64,000 nucleotides of DNA from Octopus bimaculoides (lineage: Eukaryota), in assembly GCF_001194135.2 (NCBI RefSeq), contig NC_068981.1, forward strand, positions 149,971,398-150,035,397, written 5' to 3'. Below are positions 51,955 to 62,740 of this stretch, one piece after another. The translations under genes and the position numbers were made by a program. A model generated the notes under the pieces. That model did no database searches and had not been told where the DNA came from. It saw only the letters and a program-made list of their open reading frames with translations. How positions within the stretch are numbered: position 1 is the first letter of the stretch; each line of letters opens with the position of its first letter.

Positions 51955-52507
51955 TCCTGATGCAGTACCAGACAGTGGTTCTCATGGCTTCTTATCTTAA
52001 CTGATTGGAGGTACTATCATGTACATTGTTTTGTCTTAGTATAAAAGATGGGCTACAGTAAATATTCTGCTCAATACCACAGATTTGCATGTCAGTTGCT
52101 TGATCCTAACCAGTTGAGCATGTCCCATAGTGGCTGACAATATTTGCACCTCTGATCACGAGCAGAAGTAGTGGGGGAGCATCATAGTCATGTGTTGAGA
52201 AGAACTCTTTGGGGTTTGGATAATTCACCTTTGGAAACATGGGTATTTCGTTCGACATCCTCAAACCACCTTTATTCAAGGACCTTTTGAGCAGGATGGG
52301 CTACTCGACCGGAAGGAAATCCCAACTGGGCCCGACCTGCAAGGTCATGTGCTGTTTATCTTGATATGAGACCACTATGTCGCGCAAATATGGTTGTGAT
52401 GCATGTGCCTGGTGTACCCTTATCAGACAGGTAGTCATGATGGGTATACTGGGCTTCGTATATTTTACCCCAGTGTCACTTTGATGGCATGCCCTGCTCT
52501 ATCACTC
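51954..52507. mobile_element. 554-bp non-coding segment embedded in (AAT)n; probable repeat element
   Basis: Bounded by (AAT)n on both sides, more GC-rich than the flanks, no ORF of 60 aa or more in the track, and absent from the inverted partner copy, which joins (AAT)n directly to the hammerhead region. Confidence 0.55.
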
Positions 52508-52590
52508 AATAATAATAATAACGACAACAACAACATCAGCAAAAAATAACTTAGGAATGAGAACCCAGGCTTAGGTTAAAAATTGTACCA

Positions 52591-52637
52591 GGACATCTGA
52601 TGAAGGCTGGAGAGTAAATTAGCCGAAACGTTGTGGT
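52591..52637 (+). ncRNA. Minimal type I hammerhead ribozyme candidate (Penelope pLTR-like)
   Basis: GGACAT CTGATGA (52597-52603) A GGCTG-GAGAGTAAAT-TAGCC GAAA (52625-52628) CG TT GTGG: intact CUGAUGA and GAAA core, stem II of 4 Watson-Crick pairs plus a G-U pair, palindromic ACGU stem III, and CAU/GUG stem I. Confidence 0.65.
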
Positions 52638-52771
52638 AACAACGAACAAGATGAGGACACATATCCGTCTAATGTAAATAATGTACAGGATTCCTCATCT
52701 TTAAAATATAGAACAGTAATACACACACACACACGCACACACACACGTACGCACGCGCGCACGCACACACA

Positions 52772-52892
<121 letters not shown>

Positions 52893-52949
52893 TACGTCAC
52901 ACGATCACACACAACTAACCGGATCATACTCGCAATGAAAGCATTCACA

Positions 52950-53340
52950 AATAAAAGCCAACAGCATGAAACAATTTAATATGACAAATAGAAACACTTC
53001 CAAACTCACTACTTCAGCTCCAAGTTATACTTCCAAACTACAAGTAGCTTATACACCCAAAAATATCACCATTGAAGGAGATTTCAATGCAAATAGCTTT
53101 TCCCGGTAATGAAAGAAAATAGATAGCACATGGGCCGAGAACGGTATCCCAAATGAAACCCCTTTACATTACAAACAAGCCTCAGCAGTACACCTATATG
53201 CATAACGAAGTTAACTAAGATACCATTTCAACAGATATCTTTTTCTCACACATCTATCTACCAGTGCCCTATGCTAATCAGCCGTCGAATTCATCTCCGA
53301 TCTCTCCACGTCATCATCGCAACATATATCAATGAACAAT
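52950..53340 (+). pseudogene. Decayed LINE APE endonuclease fragment
   Basis: ITIEGDFNA at 53065-53091, then NKPQQYTY...ISTDIFFS and ISDL, in the order expected for the GDFNA / NxPTY..IDL / SDH motifs; stops and frameshifts present. Confidence 0.55.
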
Positions 53341-54155
53341 ATAAAATCCCTTTTAGAAACTTAAACAAAATTTGAACTAGCTCCAAGAAGAAACAGAGTT
53401 AATGTCCGCTACACAACCAATTAATACAATTACAAACAAAATAATATTCTTACAATCAGTCGCACAACCAAAATAGCCTAATAGATAAACAGCAAGGATA
53501 ACCCCCAAAAGTAGTATCAATGCCACATACAAAGCAGAAGTACAATTGCGTTTCAAGAAACAAAACAAACTACTGTTAATAACTATCAAACTCAGAAAAG
53601 CATTTAATATTTGTATCCAACAAAAATCGTAGATAAACAGTAAAACTGTATAAAGCAATTATCAGCGTGAACAAACCTAACAATGCCTAGTCACAACAAT
53701 AAGAATTTCAGAAAACATTCCTGCACTGACACAATGAGAATACACTCTTGCTAAACATTCCATAGAACCTACGCTGCACAGAGGCCATGACTTCGATACT
53801 TTCGTTTCACTAAACACCATAAAACCGGCAGAAAAGTCTGCAAGCTCAAAAGTTTCAAATCCTGCTAAAATGAAGAAAAATAGTGATAACTGTGTAAGAT
53901 CTGAAGGATTCACTACACTGATTAACATTGACTACCATTCGTATTAACACTTATAAATCCCATGGTTCTGGCAACTGGCCAAAAGTCATTACCATTTCCT
54001 ATTCAAACGAAATCCAGAGTAAATAGTCTCTTATAGGAATGCTTTAAAATGATCTTAGTCGTGTTAGCTAAAAGTAACAAAATAACTATGCCCGCTTTTG
54101 CAGACTTTAGGCTGACCCATACTTGTTATCTCAATATTAGCTTTACTATCTAAAC

Positions 54156-54674
54156 CAGGAGCCACCAAACTTTTTTCACAGCGGGTCGGATAACTGAGAG
54201 AATTACGAGCGCGTGCCGTCATTGTAATGTTCAATACAATACAGTGAATACACCAAAAACTAAAAACAACCAGCATATTCATTTACCAAAATGTTATCAA
54301 AGATAGTTATATCACTAGTGCGCACATATCCGAATCTCACAAACTAAGCATCAAAAAAGGTTAGTGAGGTTTGTGAAACTGGTTTTTAGCTTTTAAGATA
54401 TCATCAATATTTGCTTTGGAATTGCTGCACCTAACCAAGAGAATTGCATTCAAATGTTCATCAGTCAACCTTCTTCGATGTGCTGACTTCTCATACTTCA
54501 TTTTTGAAAATGTTTACTCACAGACATAAGTTGTTCCAAACACTGATACCATACCAGAGACAAATGAACTATCATCGCGAGTACTTACACAAAAGGTAAA
54601 AAGGTACAGTAAGGCGGTGGGCAGGATGAACTGACCTCGTGGGCTGGATGTGGCCCGTAGTTTAGTGACCCCTG
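54156..54674 (-). mobile_element. Internally deleted hAT (Charlie-like) element, 519 bp
   Basis: TIRs CAGGAGCCACCAAACT (54156) and AGTTTAGTGACCCCTG (ending 54674) match at 13/16; TSD ATCTAAAC / ATCTTAAC matches at 7/8. Confidence 0.88.
54361..54552 (-). pseudogene. hAT transposase C-terminal dimerisation-domain remnant
   Basis: MVSVFGTTYVCE*TFSKMKYEKSAHRRRLTDEHLNAILLVRCSNSKANIDDILKAKNQFHKPH*, matching the FGSTYxCExxFSxM..KSxxRxRLTDxHL motif, with one premature stop. Confidence 0.88.
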
Positions 54675-57600
54675 ATCTTAACGATTAGTCAGACAAATTG
54701 AATAACTCAGTCCAAGATATAATATGCTAGAAACTAGTTGAGATGGTCACCAATGAACGTCTACAGGAAAATATCTCATAGCTGCTGAACAAGAGGTTGC
54801 CTTGCTTGTAAGCATTAATGACCGCGGAACACTCAACTGGAATGCGCAGAATCAGTAATATATGCAAAGAATCAACAGCTGTGATGTTCTGACTTAATTC
54901 ACATTGTCTTTCCAATGTAGATCCACTAACAGAATCAGAGCCAATGAGCGACTGCGTCTACGCTGTCACTCGACATGTGGGAAAGAGCAGTCAAATCTCT
55001 TTAAGATCAACCACTATCTTTTTGTCTTTGAAATTTTGGTAAGGAAAAAAAAACTTGGGAGGGTACAGTTTTGCATACCCATAAGTAGACGGGATTTTTA
55101 CGGCTGAAATGTTTTACTAGCATCTAGGATGACAGGGTGTTAAGAAATAAACATTCACACTATGCAGAATGAAATGGAAAATGCAGAGTTTGCTCGGATT
55201 ATACGACATACTATTAGCACTGAATCTCCGAAGGTGCAGTACATTCCTCACCTATATAAATATGTAGTATATCTTGAGCTATTGATCTGTGAGTTGAAAC
55301 CGGTAATTTGTACAGCTAAGTGTTGTGGATTTAGTTGCTCCAGATTCATTTAAATAAAACTTCAACAAGTATTTCATTTCCATTCCTCTATTTCCAATAT
55401 ATGCTTAATGATTGCAATATAGGATTTTATAACCCCAAAATTTAATTGTGTTTAATATTATTGCAATCAACACTCTTCTCGTATAATCAATATTTTTTGT
55501 TTAATTGAAACTATAATTGTGCTCATTGCAAAGAAGAAAGCTTTCTACTTTATTATTTAATTTAGTCTCATCTAGTAAATTTATTTGAAAATTAACATCA
55601 AATTCACAGTGAAATTGTACAAAATAATAAACTTGTAAAATACAGGGTGTCTGTTATTTCCATAATTTTCCTTTCTTCCACGCAAGTGTTAGCAAATGAT
55701 TGCAAATATAGATACCTTTCTGGAGATTTTGTGTTTGAAATGCTCGATCTCTATAGATATAGTTTGTCTCGTTATTAATAAACAACTTTCATGAATCCGT
55801 ATCAATAATATTTCCATCTTAAGTAGCCTTTTTTATATTGATTTAACCAAACTCTACAACGTAACATTTTATAATTGTGGTTAAACATTTAATATGACCT
55901 TATCTCGTTTTTGATGTAATGGAACCATCAAACTCAACCTATTAAGTTAACGTGTAATAAATTAACCAATGTTGTAAATGTCAGTTAACAGGAGTTATTC
56001 GTCCTATTTCATCTATGCTTATTGTGTCTATTCGTTATAAAATATATTTAGTAACATTAAATGTGTGTTTGCACACGAAAAAGTTTTCAATGAATGTAGA
56101 TATGGTGGTTATTCTGAAGATTGAATCGAAGACCTACAGAAAACATGTAAATCCTGTTAGTACCTAGTTTTTCACATTATCTTACCAAACAATCTTTAGA
56201 TCCTTTTCTGTTCTACAATAAATCGACACAGTTAAAGATAAGGGTACGTTACAGCTAATGCAACAGCCCTTCTATATTAGAAATTAAATCATTTAGAAAT
56301 TTCTGAAGAAGAGACAAATCATGATAATAGTACCTTAAGACGGAAGGCCACTGAAGATAACAGAAGAAGAGTTAGTAATTGCTGACCAAAAGATATCGTT
56401 AGTTTTAATAGAAAACATTGAATTAAATAAACTCTCTTAAAGCCAGCTGTGAATTCGGTCGTCGTTTTTTATTGGAGACGATATAGAAACTGTCAAAATT
56501 TCAAATCGGATAATTTCAAGAAATCAAATGATATACAGAGTCGTAGCAACACAATTAAAGAATTATTATTTATATAGTGTATATCGGAAATGTATTCAAT
56601 AATTTCATAGACTAAAAAATTATCCAACAATTGTACAATGCCGCTCTGTTTACACTGGTGTGACTGTCCTACTAGCTGTGACACATATCGGACAGGTTGT
56701 AGGAATTGCACCGTGATATTGCCCTGTGCAATATCAGTGAGCAAGGACGCGTTACTGTTCGTTTCATATTATGCTCGGGTGCATTCCTCCTTAAGCTATT
56801 AACCATAAGACGTGGATTAAAGTTGAAAAATAACTGAGCCAGAATTCAGATCTCTCTTATATATTAATAATCTAGAGCATGAGCATCCCGAATACATATT
56901 TCTTTCCAGACAAATATCACACGTGGCAGTTGTTACGTTACTAGTAAATGCGACTTACTGTACAAACATATTCAAATTGGATGGAGGTGTGCATCTGGGA
57001 AGCCGAGTTTACATCTTGGATTTCATTTTCATAATTTCTCTTCATAGACGTTACAAGATATGCTTGAATATTTCATAATCATATTTTGAACCTCATTCAA
57101 TGAAACTTAATGCGTCATTCATTCCTATTATTGGTTATCTCGGTTTAGCTAGCAACAATAATTTAGTTTTAATTGCCCTTTTGGTATTTCTTTACTTCTG
57201 TAACTTCACCTTTCATATAGAAAACATCAAATCAGTGAGAAAAATCATTGAGGAACTACAAACCACAAAATTATCACGGCAATTGTTAAAACATGGAAAA
57301 TGAAACGATTCGATCATTTAAAACAAGACACTAATATAGTAATACGTGTACAAACCCCCGATAACGGTGTACGCTCACCACGAAGATGATGATGAGAAGA
57401 AGAAAATGGAGGAAAACATACTGTTCGCTGATGACTGACACAAATAGGAGTGATGTGGCTCTTTTTGCATAGCAACGGCCACCCACGGCTTGGGATTCTG
57501 ACTGATTAATAATTAACACATTTAACACTCTTTTCGCTAACTGCGTTTGACAGTGTTGTAGAAATTTCTTGCTGGCAAGCTGAAAACGCGAGGTAGCTTT

Positions 57601-58899
57601 CATTCGTTTATTGAAGCCATTTCATTTCATTCACTGCTATAAAACTTGGGAGAAACATTATTATCACAATATAACGTTTATGCTCCCTGAAAACTATACA
57701 GCCTTGTCTCTAGTCATAAGGAACTAATATTTATGTTTAAAGGAGATTATATTATGAAATGAACTGCTGGGTAATTAAAAACAAATGTAATATTTGTTCA
57801 TGAAGAAAGAAAATAAAAATGGTAATATATTAATAATGATAATCTTAATTTAATATATATAAATCATTTTGATTACACACTTTCTTAATATTGATATCAG
57901 AAAGCATTAGTATAATGCTTTCTCTTTATTTCTCTATATATTTCTATATGTTGTTCACTATTATCCCGTATATCCATCTGACTATCTCTCTTTCATTCCC
58001 CACCTCGCTCATTTTATCTTTCTATTTCTTTCTCCCTAGTATTTCAAAATTTCACCTACTCTCTATTTTTCGCCTTCTTTCTCTTATTCTCTCTCTTTGT
58101 ATTTATTTTAGTCTCTCTTATTCTATCTTTTTTATTTCTTTGTTTCTATAATTATGTATCATTCCATTTCCCCCCGCCTCTCTGTCTGTCTCATTGTTTA
58201 TCTATACAAATATTTCTTCTTTCCCTCTCGCTCGCTCTATTATTTGCTCAACATTTTGCAATTAACTTAACTCGGATACATTACTTTTATCTGAAAATTT
58301 CCCAAATTATATGTAAAATAATATTAAATGTTCTTTAACGAAATGTGACATAACTTGTGACAATACCACGTTTTATAGAGTTTTAACCGCAAAAATAGAC
58401 ATTTATTAGTTGAAGATAAATGTGAATGGAAAGAGATAATGAACACTTAGAGTGTGTTGAATTTAAAGAAAATAAATAGTTTAACAGAACGAATTTATTT
58501 AACAACAAAAACAAAATAAAACAATAATATTTCGAAGCTGTTGACAAAAATAATTTCTGCATAAATGAAGTAACTTTAGGTAATTGTAAAGAAATTTCAT
58601 CTTTTATTTCATTAATTACAGTGTAAGACTTAAATAAATTCTGACAGTTCGAACTAATTGTAAAAGATTCCGCAGCAGTGAAAACTATTTAACGATGGTC
58701 TCAATCAAAATTTTGTTGTTATCTGCATTAAATTATTCAAATTTTGCAGCATTACTGAAACAACTTTTTTTTTTTTTTACCATCGTTTCAAGGTCTAAAA
58801 CATTTTTTCCCACGCATTAAACGAATCCGTCAACCCACCGTCCATAGTAATTGCTTACAACATCAGTACATGGCCTTAGTTGGTTACGTCGGTCCAAAA

Positions 58900-59360
58900 T
58901 TTGACCACTATTATATTTTATCAACCTTAGAAGGATGAACGGCAGAATTGACTCCAGTGTGATTTGAACTCAGAATGTAAAGAGGCGGAACATTTACTGC
59001 ACAACATTTCTTTTACTTCTGACGATTCGGCTAACCCATCGCCTTTAATGATTGTTTGCAAGGCAGGAAGTGGATTAATCGATCCCAGCACTTTACTGAT
59101 CGACCCCGACTCGTTCAAAGGCAAGGTTGAACTCGGCAGGATTTGAACTTAGAATGTAAGTATTTACAACAAATATCATAATGCAGTTTTTCCGACGTCC
59201 TAACAATATTGCCAATCTACTGTCCTCAATAACTGTTTCTGAAATAAACACGAATTTTGAACAAGAAGAAATTGTTGATTATGTAGATCGCAGTAATTGA
59301 CTCCGGAGGAATGAAATACAAGTTTGACTACGGTGAGATTTGAACTTAAATCTACAAGTG
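58900..59360 (-). mobile_element. Three tandem diverged SINE A copies (about 58900-59047, 59055-59225, 59270-59360)
   Basis: Three recurrences of (G)ATTTGAACT(C/T)A(G/A)AAT, each preceded by an AAAG/GAC-type core. Confidence 0.7.
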
Positions 59361-60539
59361 TTGAAATATTCAAACTAACAAGGGAACCGGAATGTTATCT
59401 TTAACTTTGCTAGAATAATCTCCAAATCGTTCTCAAATTACTCTCTATTTCCTTAAATCAGAAAAGGAGATATTAGATAATGCAATCCAACATTATTCTA
59501 AAAAGATTAAATGATCACGATTGGACCGCCTTTGAATAATAAGTATGCTCAATGATTAAAATAAGTTATAATCGGTAGAGTAACATTATTTCTACTATAA
59601 ATATGATCATTTTTGAAATGCATAAGTATTGTTTGCTATTGTCTATGCTGCAGATGTCGGGTTAGCCGTAACCGGGTAAGTCGACAGTCAATCTCAGGCT
59701 GTTCAATCTTCACAAACCCGCAAGCATATTGACTAACGTGTTATTTTTACGACGGTAGGAAGTGATTTCGGGTTGATATTTTGCGCAGGCTTATTGGCTC
59801 TTGTTTATAGATGCATTCATTACAAGCACAATGATACCAGGTTCGTTTTGTTTTTATTTTCATTTTTACTTTTAGCTAATAGGGTAACCTATAAACACAG
59901 TAACCGATACGTCCTCCTTTAAAAAGTGGCATGCTGTGGTCTGAGAAACATCTGGCATCTATTTCTACCTGCCGAGCGATTTATGATGCTATAATGAGAA
60001 TCTCCTTATTGGTTAGGTTCACTATTATTTTGCACATATGTATGGTTGTATAGCTGATCAGTTATATACGTATAAATATATGTATAGATGATCAGGTATA
60101 TAAAGACCTGTTCATTCCCTTGCATACGACCAGGAGAGGCTTGTACGAAAAAATGTTCACACATCCAAATGCATATATGTATACAAACAATTTTCTATAT
60201 CTCGAGAGTTATTTCTCAAATTGTTTGACGACTTCAATTGCGTAGGAAACTTTCAGGATTGTCTGAGTTTATTTGTTGCCACTGATATTAAATATGTATT
60301 GATTTCTTGATCACCCACTTAAACATTTAGGTACCCTTCATACAAACTTATGCATTTGTTTTATTACTCAGCCACAAGACATCCACCACAAAACATGACA
60401 ACGGTCCCACTCACACACACATACACAGTTTACAATCATCGTCTGAATAGTGACGCGGAGGAAGGAACTAAGAGTACAGCACAGAACGCATCTCCTGAAT
60501 AAATTTGTTTAATATGCTTCTTAATATATATTTATTCTT

Positions 60540-60955
60540 TAAGGCGGCAAGCAAGTAGGATCGTTAATACGTCGGATAAAATGCTTAGCGACATTTTGTC
60601 CTTCATTACGTGCTGAGTTTGAATTCCGCTTAGGTCGACTTTGCATTTTCACTATTTCTAGGTTTATAAAATATAAACCAGTTCAACACAGGGTTAATTT
60701 AATCAACATATTTACTCCCGCGAAATTGCTAGCCTTGTGCTAATATTTGAAACAATTGTATAGTTAAGGTTTAAAGCTGCCAACTGGCAGAATCCTTATA
60801 GGGTTGGAGAAAAGGCTTAGCGGCATTTCGCCTGTCATTACTTTATGAGTTCAGATTCCGCTGAGATCGACATTGCTTCTCTTTCTCCGGATTCGATAAA
60901 ATACATACCAGTCTTTCAATACGGTTGATGTAATCGACTAATCTCCTTCTTGAAA
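60540..60955 (+). mobile_element. Two tandem SINE A copies (60540-60755 and 60768-60955)
   Basis: AAGGCGGCAAGCAAGTAGGATCGTTAATAC...GAGTTTGAATTCCGC and CTGGCAGAATCC...GAGTTCAGATTCCGC. Confidence 0.8.
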
Positions 60956-61071
60956 AATGATTGTTTTTCTCTTCGTCGTAATTAATTCAAATATTCAGTT
61001 ATTGAGCTGTCCCTCAATATAAGCTCTTTAATTGTAGTATATTTACATACACATGTGTCTATGCATATTGA

Positions 61072-61126
<55 letters not shown>

Positions 61127-61364
61127 TACATAATATTCAAAAGAATTCCAACTTTGTCTATTTTTAATGTTCTATTTATATTCTTATAAAATTAATGTGG
61201 GATACAGAATATGGAATATATAATATAAATAGTAAAATGAAATGAAGTATTGAATGTCTTATTGAATAAATGAAAAGTTGAATATTAAATATATAAGAAC
61301 TAGTATACTTTCCTGCATTCTAGCAACCTTCAAGGTCCCGTGTGACAGAAGTGTTTCAACTGAT

Positions 61365-61537
61365 ATATATATATATATATATAATGTATGTATAGAAAGA
61401 TAGAGAGATAGATAGATAGATATATATGTATAAGTATTTGCAATTGTATGTATTTATACATATACGTATGTATATATATGCATATACGCACACATATATA
61501 TATATGCACTTGCATACACACATATATCTGTATATAC

Positions 61538-61599
<62 letters not shown>

Positions 61600-61660
61600 T
61601 CACACGCATAGGCACACACAAACGCACACACACATACACACGCATATATATATATTTATG
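61365..61660. repeat. Compound (TA)/(GATA)/(CA) microsatellite
   Basis: Seen directly. Confidence 0.9.
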
Positions 61661-62207
61661 CATGTATGAAAGGATACATATTAATGTGATGCGCATGTGC
61701 GTTTTTATGTATTTGGGCTCGTGCATGCCTTTATGATTTTCTTAGTAAAAATTCGTGTTAATGTATGAATGAAGATATCTAAAAAAAAGAATATATATAT
61801 ATATATGTAAAAGAAATATACACGTGATGTGTTTTATGAAGAGATATGCTCATGCATATGCAGTAGACTTTGTAGGTTATGTTGAAAACATGACTAATCA
61901 TGAGATTACACAATACAATTTCGTTTTTATGAAAATCATTTCAATGCAGCTTTCACTCTATTTTGTAGCATTTTAATTTCAAATACGTGCAGCATTGTTA
62001 TTGCATTTTATCTTTGTTTTTAAAGACATTTGCGCTGTCAAATTGAATAGAGAACTGGATTACAAGTATTATAGCTTGTAATTCTGCGATAGGGAGTGCC
62101 ACTGAATTAATCACTTAGTGGGATGTGCTTGCTAAATAATTTTGTTTCTAACTTGTTGCTAATATTCAGGATTAGCAAAAACCTTAGAGTCCATCAAATG
62201 CCTTGCA

Positions 62208-62740
62208 CTAAGGCGACGAGCTTGCAGAATCGTTAGCATGCCGGGAAAAATGCTTAGCGGCATTTTGTCCGTCTTTACGTTCTGAGTTCAAATTCTTCCT
62301 TTGTTGACTTTGCCTTTCATCCTTCTGGAGTCGATAAAATAAATACCAGTACGACTTGCCCTGTTCCCCTAAATTCCCGGTTTGAAACTTGAAAACTAAC
62401 ATTTATATATGACAAAAGGTGACGAGCTGGCAAAATCTTAGCACGTCGGACAAAATGCTTAACGACATTTCGTTCGTCTTTATTTTCTGAGTTGAAATTC
62501 TGTCGAGGTCGATAAGTGCCAGTCAAGCACTAGGGTCAATATAAATGATTCGCCCCCTCCGCCCAAATTTTACGCTTGTGCCTACAGTAGTAAGGAATAT
62601 TCATATATAGTTCCATATGTTCTGTTTGAACCTTACCATTCATCCTTCCAGGATCAAAAATAAACATAGAAATCAAGCACTAGGATCAACCTGAAAGTAA
62701 CACCACATTTAAAGTCTTGTGCCACCATAAGAAATCAATA
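62208..62740 (+). mobile_element. Two SINE A copies plus a 3' fragment in tandem (62208-62400, 62415-62600, 62635-62740)
   Basis: AAGGCGACGAGCTTGCAGAATCGTTAGCATGCCGGG...GAGTTCAAATTC...GCCTTTCATCCTTCTGGAGTCGATAAAAT, then AAGGTGACGAGCTGGCAAAATCTTAGCACG. Confidence 0.85.

Noticed and set aside
54930-54965. bHLH basic-region-like peptide RIRANERLRLR
   Set aside because: The invariant Glu of ERxR is Leu and helix 1 residues do not follow; likely chance.
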